Shown piece by piece: positions 12,601-24,971 of a stretch of DNA of 64,000 nucleotides (its first letter is position 1; the number at the start of each line of letters is the position of its first letter). The notes below the pieces were generated by a model, which did not search any database, was not told the DNA's origin, and saw nothing but the letters and a program-made list of their open reading frames with translations. The DNA is from Camelus dromedarius. Lineage: Eukaryota. The DNA lies in the NCBI RefSeq assembly GCF_036321535.1, contig NC_087438.1, forward strand, positions 106,330,001 through 106,394,000. Reading direction: 5' to 3'. The position numbers and the translations under genes are program-made.

Positions 12601-15600
12601 GACCTCTGGCCCCTCTGGGGGTCCCTCAAATCCCAGCCGGGGCAAGCTGTGATGTTGCCATCAGACTGACCCCTACCTTTCTGTGTGATCCTAGAAAAGG
12701 GTTAGCTCTTTAGGCATCTCTCCCCAGATACAAAATATAAAGTGGACTGGGCCGGATGAGCCTTGGAGTGAAGGGACTCTGGCTTCTACAAAAAGTGCAG
12801 AACAGTCAGGTGCTCAGGACTGAATCTGCAGCAAGCAGGATTTGGATTGGACCTAAGCTTGATCTAAGAGAGAAAATGCAGGACCCTTCTCTTCTTCCCA
12901 CTGGAAGAATCAAAGGCCATGAGACAGTCTGCTGGTAGAGAAAGGAGGCAAGAGTGGTTTGCTCCCAGGCTTCAAAAAGGCGGCAGGCAGTCTGAGGCAC
13001 TTCTAATGAACTCAAGGGCCTTTCATCCTACTTCACTCAATTTCTGGTGAGACGGGAGGGGATGAGAGGGAGCGATGTGGCAGAATAATAAAGATGACCA
13101 AACACCTACTTTTGCTACGTGCCTTAGGACAGTGCTAGCTAAGCATTTTACATGTATCATCTCATTTAATGATCATAGAGTGATACCATTATCATCATCT
13201 CTATTTTACAGAGAAGGAAACTGAGGTTCAGAGAAATTAAGCATATACCCAGGGTCAATACTATAATAGCAACTAACACATATAAGAGCACGTCTCTGTT
13301 CCAGGCACTGGGTTTAGTGCTTTACACTATGAATTCATCCCCCCAGCATCCCTGGGAAGTGCGCTCTAGGATTATGCCCCCACCACTGCCCACTTTTTAG
13401 TGGAGGGAGAACTCTGGACCCTTGTCCTGCTGAGCCTCCCTGTGGTTTATTTCTCCCCCTACAGACAGTGGCTGGAAGCACCAAGGGAAAAGTGACCGGA
13501 ACAGCAGAGCCTGGGATGGTGAGCATAGAGGGAGACCCCACAGGTGGGGAAGCCATGGGGAAGGGGCGAGACAGCTCAGCTTCCTCAGCCCACTGCCTCT
13601 GAGCTCCTGCCCCTGTGCCCAGGTTGCCAACAGCCCTGAGGGGCAGAACTACCGCTCTGAGCTCCACATCTTCCCGTCCTCACCAGGGGGCACTGAGGAT
13701 GCCCAGTCTGCAGCCTTTCGGGTGGAGAGCGCCCACAGCCCCAGCGCCCTGGCGCCAGGTGAGTGGCCTCCCCCCATCCCAGGACCAGGACTGTGGGACT
13801 GGAGTGAGGATGTGCTCCGTGGCAGGGCAGGAAGGATACCCAGTGAGCGTCTAGCTCACCTCTTTCCCAACACACACTCACACACGCACCACTCCGCATA
13901 CCCAACAGAAGCCCAGAGAGGTGCAGCAATGCAGCCAAGGTCACACAGCAAGCCAGAATCCAAACCAAACTACAGTCTGCACCCCAACTCATGATTCCCC
14001 TGCCCTAGTCCTTGTCTCCAGGGAACAACTTTGGCATCACATTCCAGCCCCTCCCCCTACTCCCCTTTTCTATCTCTTGACTTCAGACCCCTAGACAGTG
14101 TCTGTGGGGTGGGGAGTGGCGCCGAGCGAGTAAGGAACCCAGGCTCCCTGCTCCACCCCTAGGCTATGCTGAGCCACTGAAGGGCGTCCCACCTGAGAAG
14201 TTCAACCACACAGCTATCCCCAAGGGCTACCGCTGCCCGTGGCAGGAGTTCATCAGCTACCGGGACTACCAGCGCGAGGGCTGCAGTCACACCCCCAACC
14301 TGATGCAGTATCGAAATTTCAACAAGTAAGGGGCGGCAGGCTTGGGGAGGGTCCTGGAGGGAGGATGGGCCAGGAGCCGGCCACAAGCACTGCAGGTGGT
14401 TTCTACTTGCCAGGCTCTGTCCTAATGTCCTATATGTTTATTGAGCTCTTGCTGAAACTCAGTAGAACTCTCCCCTTAGCACATAGTTGGTGCTCAATAA
14501 ATGTAAAGGAATGAATCGGTGAATGTGGCACCCATCTTGTTGGATCCTCCCCCTACAACAGGGTGGGGCAGGTGCTACAATTTTTCCTATTCTGTCATGA
14601 AGAGTATTATCCACAATCTGCCCCCAAATCACAAAGCAAGGAAGCAGCGACAAGGCGGGGATGCAAGTCTAAGTTTGTTCAACGCCAGAGCCCAGTTTCT
14701 TGTTTTGCATCACTGCTGTGTGCCACCTCCTTGATGTGCGCATCCTTCGAGGTGCGGGTCCTGCCCTGGATGAGGGCCGCAGGTCTATCAGTCCTAGGCC
14801 AGCTCAGCCTTTTCCCCACTTTGATCAATGGTCTGGAAGAGGCCTGGAAAGTGGCCTTGAGGCTGTACCACTGTGGGGAGTGAAACACTGAACACCAGAA
14901 GTGAGACCCACAGAGCAGTGGCTCATAGTGTTTAGAATGTGGGGCCTCGACAAGAGCTTAATACCATCTCTGCAGCTGGCTGTGTGATTGTTGGCAAGTG
15001 ACCGAACCTTGCTGGGCCTCCATTTCCCCACCTGTAAAATGAGACTATTATAGTAGCTAGTTCATAAGATGGTTGTGAGGCTGGCATGAGACACCAAAGG
15101 CAAAGTTTCTAGCAAGTGATAAGTTCTCAATAAATGGTAGCCATCACTATTCTTATTCTTATTATTATTCTTATTATTCTTATTATTCTTCTTCTTATTA
15201 TTATTATTATATTTACAGGTTGAAATGATGGCTGGAAAAGCCAAGAGGGGAGAACCTGAAAGGGATGACTTTAGCATTCTGCTCTGGGGGCCTGAATTAT
15301 AGCAGTCAAGGCAGGAGCTTGGCACTGGAGGAAGGGCCTGGGCTGAGGGATGCGTTTCAACTGCAATTGGCTTCCTCTGTCTGATGCTATTTCTGAAAAA
15401 TGCTCCTCTGGCTTGGGCTGCATTAAGTGAGAACGAGGAGGGTCTGCAGAGAGGAGGCCACAGTCCAGCTCTTCTGGCCCCTGCTCAGACCACACGTGGA
15501 GGCTCTGTCTGACAAAGGCAGACAGATGGGCTCCAGAGTCTGGCTAGGCCTGGAGAGCAGGCCCTCTGAGGGAGGGCTGAAGGAACTGGCGGTGCTGAGC

Positions 15601-17526
15601 CTTGAGAAGAGACTGCTCGGGAGGGCTGGGACTGCCCTCAAACAGCTGATAGCCAGGGAGGACCCTGACGGGGAAGAACTGGGCCCAACAGGCACTGTGC
15701 AACCATGAGCCACTGGCAGACATTGCGGGGTTTCCTGCCAGGCAGGACTGTGCTGTCGCTCCTTCTGGGGCCCTTAGCCATGTCTGTCCAGCTATTTAAA
15801 ACCCTCAGCAGACATTCAGTACTGGTAGCCAGCTTCCAGGCTGGCCAGTGCAGCTCACAGCTCCTCCATCTCACACCTCAGCTATGACAGGCCGAGGCAC
15901 GTTCCCACCAACAGCAGGAGGGTCTTAGGGAGCCCCGAGCCCAGGACCCTCCTGGGACAGAAAAGGCAACTGAGGCAAAGAAAGGAGAAACAGCAGTGTT
16001 GGTGGCCAAGCCCTGTTCAGGATCCAGGGCTCTGGGCTCCCTGTCAAGGGCCCAACTGTGAAGCCTGCTCGACTTGGAAACTGCCCAGCCTGTTCCTGCG
16101 GGGCCTGGCTGTCGCCACCACAGCTGGGGTGGTCCAGGCAGAAACATTGTCCTGGCTGGAACCCAGGCTCTGGCCCAAGGTTTGCCTTTCTACCCTGGGG
16201 CAGGCATTCCCCTCTTTCCATTGGTCCCAGGCTACAGGGAAAACGCTACATGAGCAATGCTTCTTATTTTCTTAAAATTAAAAACTAAGTAAAAAATCAT
16301 GTACTTACATTCTCTTAAAAAAAATAAAACCTAGGCAACTGCAAATAAAGATAGGTTCCCTTTGTTCCCCATCCTCCAATCCCAGCTCCCTTCCTAAAGG
16401 TAACACTGTTGTTAGGTTAGTGTGTATGTTTCCAGAACATTCTCTACAAGGGAACATTTTCTGTGTGGCATTGTTTAGTGTGTGTGTGTTTTAACGCTTT
16501 GTATTTGCTTGATTTTTTTCACTCAACATTATGTTTTTGAAATCTCTTTTTAATATATAGAGCTCTTTCCCTTCCTTTTAAGCTGCTGTATAGTACTCCA
16601 CCATGTGAAGCTATGACATATCTCTTATCCATTCCTCTGCCAATGGACATATGGCTTGTTTCTGGTTTGTCACTAGCCACTGCTCATATCTGCTTCCTTA
16701 CATAAGAGCATGTACCTCCCTAAGCCACAGGCTTGCAGGTGGAGTTGCTGGTTGATAGAATTTGCACATTTGCAGGTTTAAAAGATCCTGCCAAATTGTC
16801 CTCCAAGGTAGCAGCCCTAATTTACCCTCCAACCAGCAGTATATGAGCGACACTTTGCCCTACCACCTCACTAACTTTTGCCCCATTACCAAATTATTTC
16901 TTCTTGCCAGTCTCATGGGTAAGAAATTGCATGTCTTTGTTGTAATCTATATTCCTTGATTCTCAGAGTCCTTTCTCATCCTCCCTTCTCTCTCCAGTTT
17001 GTGATATATTGTTCTAAGGGGAAGTGACAAGCGGAAGGAAAAACCTTATTCCAATTCCACTCCCATCTGGACCTACCTGACTTAGGGCGAGTCTAGAGTG
17101 TTGCCTAAAACAAGCCAATTCTAACTCTGAAAACGTCACTCCTATTTTTAAGCAACAAGCCACCCTGAGTAGGGGCAGACTTGGGAATATGCAGAGCTGC
17201 AGAAACCTGTTAAAGATAGCACAAAATTTGCTGAATAGCAGGGGAAACTGAGGCCAGAGAGAAGCAGGGAGGGGGCTGTACATGATGGCCCACATGCCAG
17301 TGTTCTGCCCTCCCTGTCTCACACAGCCCCCCTCTCCTGCTGCTTTTCTCTCCCCAGGACCCCCGTGCCCTTTGGAGGACTCCTGGTGGGGGAAGCCACT
17401 CCGAGGGCAGGTACCCCCTTCGTCCCAGAGCTCACCAGTGGCTTGGAACTCCTCCGCCTCAGACCCAGCTTCAACAGAGTGGCCCAGGGCTGGGTCCGCA
17501 GCCTCCCAGAGTCCGAGGAGCTGTAG
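6617..17526 (+). CDS. MYOZ3: Myozenin-3 (calsarcin-3/FATZ-3), 245 aa; join(6617-6677,12363-12517,13465-13518,13623-13758,14163-14325,17358-17526)
   Basis: All GT-AG, phases consistent, 738 nt. MIPKEQ...[42 protein letters not shown]...[16 protein letters not shown]...[11 protein letters not shown]...ESEEL-TAG; ends in the E[ST][DE][DE]L PDZ-binding motif of the family. Confidence 0.97.
7245..7445. mobile_element. MER5-type hAT-Charlie MITE relic
   Basis: cagggctctcagacttt...ccccagggattctgat...ccaggtaattccaatgcag...ctgaaaaacc resembles the recalled MER5A/B consensus. Confidence 0.55.
9370..11560. mobile_element. Nested repeats: L2 (~9370-10060, ~10770-11560) interrupted by old L1M 3' end (~10060-10230, ~10580-10760), itself interrupted by a younger minus-strand L1 3' end (10239-10570)
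   Basis: L2 text on both flanks; L1 3'-end text (attccacatgtgagcaaaatcatatggtacttgtctttctctgtctgacttc); duplicated AAGAGCCA at 10231-10238 and 10571-10578. Confidence 0.65.
12363..12517 (+). CDS. MYOZ3: MYOZ3 coding exon 2
   Basis: VPVLDLGKK...FTASQRA, 155 nt, donor GTGAGT. Confidence 0.97.
13110..13340 (-). mobile_element. MIR SINE
   Basis: ctattttacagagaaggaaactgaggttcagaga core, reverse orientation. Confidence 0.7.
13465..13518 (+). CDS. MYOZ3: MYOZ3 coding exon 3
   Basis: [18 protein letters not shown], 54 nt, donor GTGAGC. Confidence 0.92.
13623..13758 (+). CDS. MYOZ3: MYOZ3 coding exon 4
   Basis: [18 protein letters not shown]...SPSALAP, 136 nt, donor GTGAGT. Confidence 0.95.
14163..14325 (+). 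CDS. MYOZ3: MYOZ3 coding exon 5
   Basis: [27 protein letters not shown]...YRNFN, 163 nt, donor GTAAGG. Confidence 0.97.
14900..15211 (+). mobile_element. MIR SINE ending in a (TTA/TTC)n microsatellite (~15150-15211)
   Basis: gggcctccatttccccacctgtaaaatgag core; tail tcttattattattcttattatt... Confidence 0.7.
16280..16970 (-). mobile_element. Old L1ME-type 3' fragment
   Basis: ttttcactcaacattatgtttttgaaatc...tgccaaattgtcctccaaggtagcagccctaatttaccctccaaccagcag. Confidence 0.6.
17358..17526 (+). CDS. MYOZ3: MYOZ3 last coding exon
   Basis: KTPVPFGG...[24 protein letters not shown](17524-17526). Confidence 0.97.
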
Positions 17527-19910
17527 CCCCAGCTTGAATCTTCAATCCCCCATCCCAGAGTTTGAGTAACATCTGGAGCCAAGACTTGTGGACAGGACTT
17601 CACAGTTTACAAAGGGCCATCACACACAAAACCTTCTTGCACATCGCCTCGACGGTCCCAAAGTTCGGTAGTCCCCAAATGTGGTATGCTTCACAATTAC
17701 CTGAGAGTGTTGTTTCTAATACAGATTTCTGGCCTGTTCCAGACTTGCAGCATCAGACTCTCCTGGGCTGGGAAGTCTCTACTTAGTAACCAGTACTCCC
17801 AGGTGATTCGAGTAAAACTTGCCCCCGGTTCGTATCTTTAGGAATCCAGACCACCAATGACTTCACGTCCATGCGTCCACTGTTCCCTGCTCCTGTGCTC
17901 CATCTCACACTCCCCCAATAACAGGAGGCTCATTAGCCGCCCACTGACCTGTGAATCACTCTGAGAATTAGAAAGTTTTTCCTTTTACTGAGACACAAGT
18001 GGTCTTTATCTAGTCATGCCATTAACATTTACTAAGCACTTACTGTGTGCTAGACACTGTGCCAGCCCAGGGAGAGTGTGTTGGGGCCTGGGGAGGAAAA
18101 GACAGATTTGTAAAGGAGTAAATCATCTAAGATTTCCCTAAAGTGTGCTAACTGATGACTGAGGAACAGAGCTCCGTGAAGCAGAGGAGGGAGTGTCTAA
18201 CCCTGGTGGCGGGGGCGGGGGCGGGGTGGGGGGAGCAGGTTCTGAGAAGCTTCCCAGAGCATCTGAGTGGACCTCAGAGGAAGAGAGACAGTCCCTCAAG
18301 GCAAGAGGGTGCGAGGGGGAGGGCATTCCTGGCAAGTGGACCGCTTGTGCAAAGGTGTGGAACTGACATGGGTACAGGTGTTCTGGAGAAGTGGGGGCGA
18401 TGTCAGAGGAGTCGGGGACTCCTTAGAGGGCCAGAGTCGGGTGCGCTGCACTAGGGAAATGGGGAGGTTCCTAGGCTGGGGAGTGAGGGGTCTCGCTGGT
18501 TGCTGTGTGGGGCACAGATTGGAGAGGCGTAAGGAGGGAAGCCAGGAATCCTTCAGGGAACAAGGCCTGAACTGGAGAGGCGGCTGTGGGGTTGGAAAGA
18601 AGGGGTACCCCAACACCTTACAGGACAAGTGCAGAGTGGGGTGCTGACAAGGACAAATCCTCTCCACCCCCTTCCACTCACCATTCAGAGCAGGCCCCAG
18701 GGCAGATCTCATCCTAGTCGTCACCAGGAGTAGCTCCGCGTCTGCCTGGCTCACTGGGGAGAGAAAGCAATGCGCTTCAGGTGGTGATGATGATGCTGGT
18801 GGCTGCTTTCTTTCTATTGGGCGCCTCAGTGCGTGGGCTGGCGGTAGGTCCTCTGCATATCCTATTTCTAATTCGCAGTACAACCTGGAGACAAAGTTAC
18901 CTTCCTGTTTTACAGGCGTGGATACCCAGGCTCAAGAGGGGCAAGTGACTTGTCCCGGGACAGAGCCAAACTGGGAATCTATCTGATTCCAGTAGATGTT
19001 TCTCATCACCCTGCTGGGCGGCCAAGCCACTGCCCATTCACTCTGGAATCACCTAACCATGGTGCCTTACTCTAGAGTTTAGAGGTGAAGAGTGCAGGCT
19101 GAGGGGTCAGACTGGATGCGGAGGGTTCTGAGGGCTGCTGCTGGCTGTGTGAACTCAAGCAAGTCGCTTCTCACCTGTGGGCCTCTGTTTCTCCACCTGT
19201 AACATGAGCACAAGAATAGAAGCCCCTGCATAGAGTTTCGTGAGCATAGTGATGGATGCGTAATAAGCAATCATTATCAGATTTCATGCAACTGCTGCCC
19301 GGGGCTGGGTAAGAGGTTCTTGCAGTGAATGCAGCTTGAGAAGAAGGCTCATGCAAATGTCACTGCGGGTGAGTAAAGCTGAAACCTGAAGGAAAGCTTC
19401 TGATCACGGTAGGGCTCCACTTGGACATGACTTACCTCCTTCGCCAGCTGCCTCCCTCTGCCTCCTCTGGGGAAGATGAGAAGGTCAGGAATCCAGCTGC
19501 CAGGGTGCATGGGATAGTGGCTGCATTTTCCTTTTGCTCTGGAGTTTCGCTGTGCCCCACACAGACTCAAGGGGCCAGCAGCCTGACTCTTATATTTGCT
19601 TGCAACTGATGTGCTGTCTTAATTTGAGGGCTGCCACTTAAAGTTATGTTTCCATATGCCAAAAGTCAAACATTCAAGTGTCTGGAACCCAGAAGAGAGG
19701 ATCTGGATTGCCTTGGGTTGGCTCTGCTGTGCTCTGGAGGGTAATGGCAGCCACCAGGTACAGCAGAGGAGAGCCTGATGGGGAGTCTGCTGCACCCCAA
19801 AGCTAATTCTCATTCCTTTCTTCTTCGGATGTGACTTTCGCCAATGTTGTTTTTTTTTTTTTTTTTTTAAATGCTTATTGTAAAAATAAATAAACGAAGA
19901 TGTAAAATGT
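17527..19910 (+). other. MYOZ3: Probable MYOZ3 3' UTR; overlapping AATAAA at 19885-19894 (another at 20044-20049)
   Basis: Hexamers read directly; the extent is inferred. Contains MER5A-like (~17670-17820) and MIR relics. Confidence 0.5.
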
Positions 19911-21748
19911 GAAGGTATCTGCCCACAAAGCTCCTCCCCTGCACGTACATAGACCTTCCACCCTCCGGCATTCTGCCCATTCCCACATGCCAGAGGCAAC
20001 TGCTGGGAATGTTTTGGTCCCTCTAGAATTTTAGACTTATCTGAATAAATACATACACATGTATAGATGCGTAAGTACAAAGATATGCCTTTCTTTTAAT
20101 GCTACGATATTTGTTTTTCTGTATTTTGCTTCTTTATTCAACAAGTAGAATTTGGATCCTGAAAAAGGAGGTCATTAACTTTTCATTTGGGAGTCTAGCA
20201 AGCCCTTCATGTAAACACTATACTTCTGCTGTTTTTGTTCTTTATATAAATGAAATCATACAGTAATATGGAAATGAAAAGGGCTGAGAATAGCCCAGAC
20301 ACTGGGAAACCTGACATGAGACATGAAAGGACTACAGTTACATGCAACAATACAGATGCATCTCAGAAACAAAATGGTGATCAAAGGAAGACAGATATAC
20401 AAATATGTGTTTATTGATGCAACGAGGTGTTTCATACAGAAGTCAGTATAGTGGTAACTTAGGAGGAAAGAAAGGTTTGTGATTGTGAAGGGACAGAATA
20501 AAATGCTTCTGAGGAAAGCTGGACAATCTGTTTCTAGATCTGAGTGACTGTTACATACATATTCACTTTAAAATATTTAGTTTAGTTGTACATCTGTGTT
20601 TATGCACTTTTATGTACCTGTTACATTTTACCAAAATAATATCTCCTTTAAAAAAGTTAATGGACAGATTAGTAGAGTGCATCAGATGTACTGAAGAAAG
20701 AATTAGTGAACTAAAAGTGCCCACATGCATCACAGAGAGGTAAAGGGAAGGAAAATAGGGAGAGAAATGAAAAGACATGACAAATAAAAGGAAAGTAAGT
20801 GTCCAACAGTACTAACAGGAGTTCCAGAAGGAGTTTAAAATGACTTGGGATTTTCCAGATTTGATAAAAGACATAAATTCACACAATCCTCACCCTGTCA
20901 TGAGAAGGACAAATTAAAGCCACACTGAAGAATCACTGTAGTGAAATGGCAGAACTCCACAGTCACAGAGGTATTTCAAAGGCACCCAGAAAAAAAGGTT
21001 AGATTACCTACAAAAGAACAACACTTAGAATGACAGTAATAATGGAAAAATACCTTCAGGAAGTGAGGGCAAAATAAATTAATTTTCAGACAAATAAATA
21101 TGACGAGAGCTTTCACTAACCCCTGAAAGAACTACAAAAGAACATGCTTTGCGAAAGATCAACAAAGAAAGTACAAAATCTAAGAAGAAATGGTGACCAG
21201 AGAAATCAACTCAAAAGACATCAGGAAGGGTGAAAAAGAAGCCAAAAAGAGGCACATAAAATAAAGGGGTATAAATACATTTAAATATATCAGGTATCAC
21301 AATCAATGCAAATGCATGAGACTCACCAGTTTAAAGACAGAAACTCACACATTGGATAAAAAGTAACTCCAGCTCTGTGCTGTTCACAAAGCAGCACGCC
21401 TAAAAATATGACACAAAAGTGAAATAAAGAAATGGAAAAGGATAAACCAGTTAAATCCTATCCCAAAGAAATGTGTGCTAGCCATATTAACATCAAAGGA
21501 GACTTTCTGGCAAAAAAAAATTCTGTGATAAATATCCTTATATCATAATAAACTCATTATCACAGGGGAAGATTTAACACAATTCTTTCAATTGTTGATT
21601 GGTTATCAGACAAATAATGAATAAGGATATAGAAAATTTAAACAATCAAGTGAAAATGGAGAATTCTGCACCACCAAATTAGACAATATTCATCTTCAAC
21701 TACCTGTGAAACACTTTTAAAAATGAACACACAAAATTAAAGACCTTT

Positions 21749-21933
21749 NNNNNNNNNNNNNNNNNNNNNNNNNNNNNNNNNNNNNNNNNNNNNNNNNNNN
21801 NNNNNNNNNNNNNNNNNNNNNNNNNNNNNNNNNNNNNNNNNNNNNNNNNNNNNNNNNNNNNNNNNNNNNNNNNNNNNNNNNNNNNNNNNNNNNNNNNNNN
21901 NNNNNNNNNNNNNNNNNNNNNNNNNNNNNNNNN
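21749..21933. other. Assembly gap (185 N)
   Basis: N run abutting a young L1 3' end. Confidence 0.99.
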
Positions 21934-24635
21934 CATTCTAAGTGAAGTAAGCCAGAAAGAGAAAGAAAAATACCATATGAGATCGCTCATATGTGGAATG
22001 TAAAAAAAAACAGAACAGAAACAGACTCATACACATAGAATACAAACTTGTGGTTGCCTAGGGGGTGGGGGGTGGGAAGGGACAGACTGGGATTTCAAAA
22101 TGTCGAATAAATAAACAAGATTATACTGTATAGCACAGGGAAATATATACAAAATCTTGTGGTAGCTCACAGTGAAAAAAAAATGGGACAATGAATATAC
22201 ATATGTTCATGTATAACTGAAAAATTGTGCTCTACACTGGAATTTGACACAAAATTGTAAAATGACTGCAACTCAAAAAAAATGTTAAAAAAACAAAAAA
22301 CCTTGTGCATCAAAAAATACTACCAAGAGAGTGAAAAGACAACCCATGGGAGATTGTTAACTCAAATAATAAAGTAAATATTCATGAATTCAGTGACATA
22401 AACAAATGATTGAATAAACAAATAAATAGGGGAGGGGCAAATCTTCCTTACAGAAGACTTCCAAATAATAAATGTAGATACTGCTCCTTTCAGGAAGTGG
22501 AGTTTAATTCCTCTCCTATTGATTATAGACTGGATTTATGGATTCGCTTCCAAAGAATAAAGCATAGGAAGGCAAAATAGTAACTTTACAAAGACACCAC
22601 CTTAACCAAATGATCAAGGTTAACATCATGAGTGAATTAAAATTCCTCATATAAAGTGATGAGAAGGGCACTCCCCCTTGTGGTATTTTCACCAAATCCA
22701 TAACCCCGTCTAAACAGGGATTAAAAGAAAAAGTTTAAACAGAAAGAACATCAGACAAATACAAATTGAGAGAGATTCTACAAAATATCTGACCAGTCCT
22801 CTTCAAACATATCAAGATCATGAAAAACAAGGAAAGACTGAGAAATTGTCAGATTGGAGGAGTCTGAGACGACACAACAACTAAATGTAACGTGGTCGCC
22901 TGGATGGAATACTGGCACAGAAGAAGGATATTAGAGGGGAAATCCAAATCAAGACTTAATTCAGTTAACAGTATTGTACCAATGTTGATTTCTTAGCTTT
23001 GACAAATACACCATAGCTACATAAGATGTAAATGTTAGGGGGAGCTGGGTAAAGAGTACACAGGAACTCGCCACTAACTTTGCAACTTTTCTGTAAATCT
23101 AAAGTTTTTTGTTTTTTTGTTTTTTTAAGTTTTAAAACTAAAGGGGGAAAAAATCCCACAAAGAAAACTCCAGGCCCAGATGGCTTCACTGGCAAATTTT
23201 ATCAAACATGTAAGGAAAAAATAATAGCAATGTTACACAAACTCTTTCAGAATATAAAGGAAGAGGTAACATTTCCAAATATATTTTATAAAGCTAGGAG
23301 AAAATTGATGTTACAGAGAAGAAAATTCAACACCATATCTCATATGAACACAGACACAAAAAATAAGTTATATACTTAAATTTATAAATATGTCAATATA
23401 TGGTTTGTAGATAAATATATGACTGTATTGTGTTATATGGCTTTAAATGGGTCAAGGTGGTCAAAAGGTACAAACTTCCTAGTTGCAAGATAAGTCCTGG
23501 GGATGTAATATACAGCATAGTGACCATAGTTAACAATACTGTGCTATAAATTTGAAAGTTGCTGAGAGTAGATCTTAAAAGTTCTCATCACAAGAAAAGG
23601 AAATCTAACTATGTAAGGTGATAGATGTTAACTAAATTTATTTTGGTAAGCATGTCATAATATGTACATATATCAAATCATTATGTTGTACACCTTAAAC
23701 TAATACAATGTTATATGTCAGTTATAGCTCAAAAAAACTGGAAAATACAAAACTAAAAAATTTAAATAAATATATAAAAATAAAATACATTATGGCTAGG
23801 TTAGGTGAATCCCAGGAATACAAGCTTGGTTTAACAATTTAAAAATCAATCAGTGTAATTCACTACATTAACATAGTAAAAGAGAAAACCATAGGACACA
23901 GAAGAAGCACTGGCAAAATTCAACACAAATTTATGGCGAAAACTCAGAAAAATTTGGAAGGTAAATTCTATCTGATAAAAGGCAGCTACAAAAAAAATCT
24001 ATAGTTAATTAAGTACTTAAGGGTAAAATACTGAATACTATATACTCTGAAAAGTGGGAAAAAGACAAAGATGTCTACTCTCACCAGTTCTATTTAATAT
24101 TTTACTCAGGGTCCTAGCCAGTTCAGTAGAGCCACAAAAAGAAGAAAAGGCATGAAGATTGGAAATAAATAAGTAAAATGGTTATTCCCAAATGATGTGA
24201 TTTATGTAGATCATCACAGGAATCTACAAAAGAACTGCTAGAAGCCCTGAGTGAAGTCAGCAGGGTCACAGGATGCAGGGCTGATATACAAAAATAAAAC
24301 CTATTGACTTATATTAGCTGCAACAACTGGAAAACAAATTTTTTGAAAGTCCATTTACAATAGCAACAAATCGCAAAATTTTTAGTTATAAATGTAACTA
24401 AGGTCGTGCAAGCCCTGTACACTGAAAGTACAAAACACTGCTGACAGTAATTAAAGAAAACTTAATTAACTATACCATGCCCATAGACTGGCAGGCTCAA
24501 TATTTTCCCCAAATTGATCTATAGATTCAACACAATCCCAATCATAGTCCTGTGTTTTTGTAGAAATCGACAAATTGATTTAAAAGTTGATGTGGAAATA
24601 CAAAAGACCTAAAGAAGGAAAATCTTTTCAACAAT

Positions 24636-24971
24636 AAATGAAGTCATTAGGGTGGGCCCTAATCCAATGTGACTGGTGTCCTTATAATTAGGGGGAGTTT
24701 GGACAGTTATGCACACAGGGACAACATGGTGTGAAGATGAAGGCAGAGGTCAGGGTGATATTTCTACAAGCCAAGGAATGGCAAAGACTGCCAGCAAACG
24801 CAGGAAGCTAGGAGAGAAGCATGGAACAGATTCTCACTGTCTGGAAAAGAATTAACCTTGGCAACACCTCAGCCTTGGCATCAACCTCCAGAAAGGTGAG
24901 ACAATAAATGTCAGCTGTTTAAGCCACCCAGTTTGCAATACTTTGTTATGGCAGCTCTGGCAAACTAACAC
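24636..24971 (+). mobile_element. MaLR MLT1-type LTR inside L1 ORF2
   Basis: gtcattagggtgggccctaatccaatgtgactggtgtccttataa...aataaatgtcagctgtttaagccacccagtttg...aaactaacaca. Confidence 0.85.

Noticed and set aside
13623-13758. MYOZ3 is 245 aa against the 251 aa I recall for human; this exon looks about 18 nt shorter
   Set aside because: It is in frame, in a low-complexity region, and I recall mouse also being 245 aa, so it is probably not lineage-specific.
18296-18883. 195-aa minus-strand ORF and other 60-170 aa ORFs in introns, UTRs and repeats
   Set aside because: No recognisable domains, weak starts, and they overlap UTR or repeat sequence; normal background for mammalian DNA.
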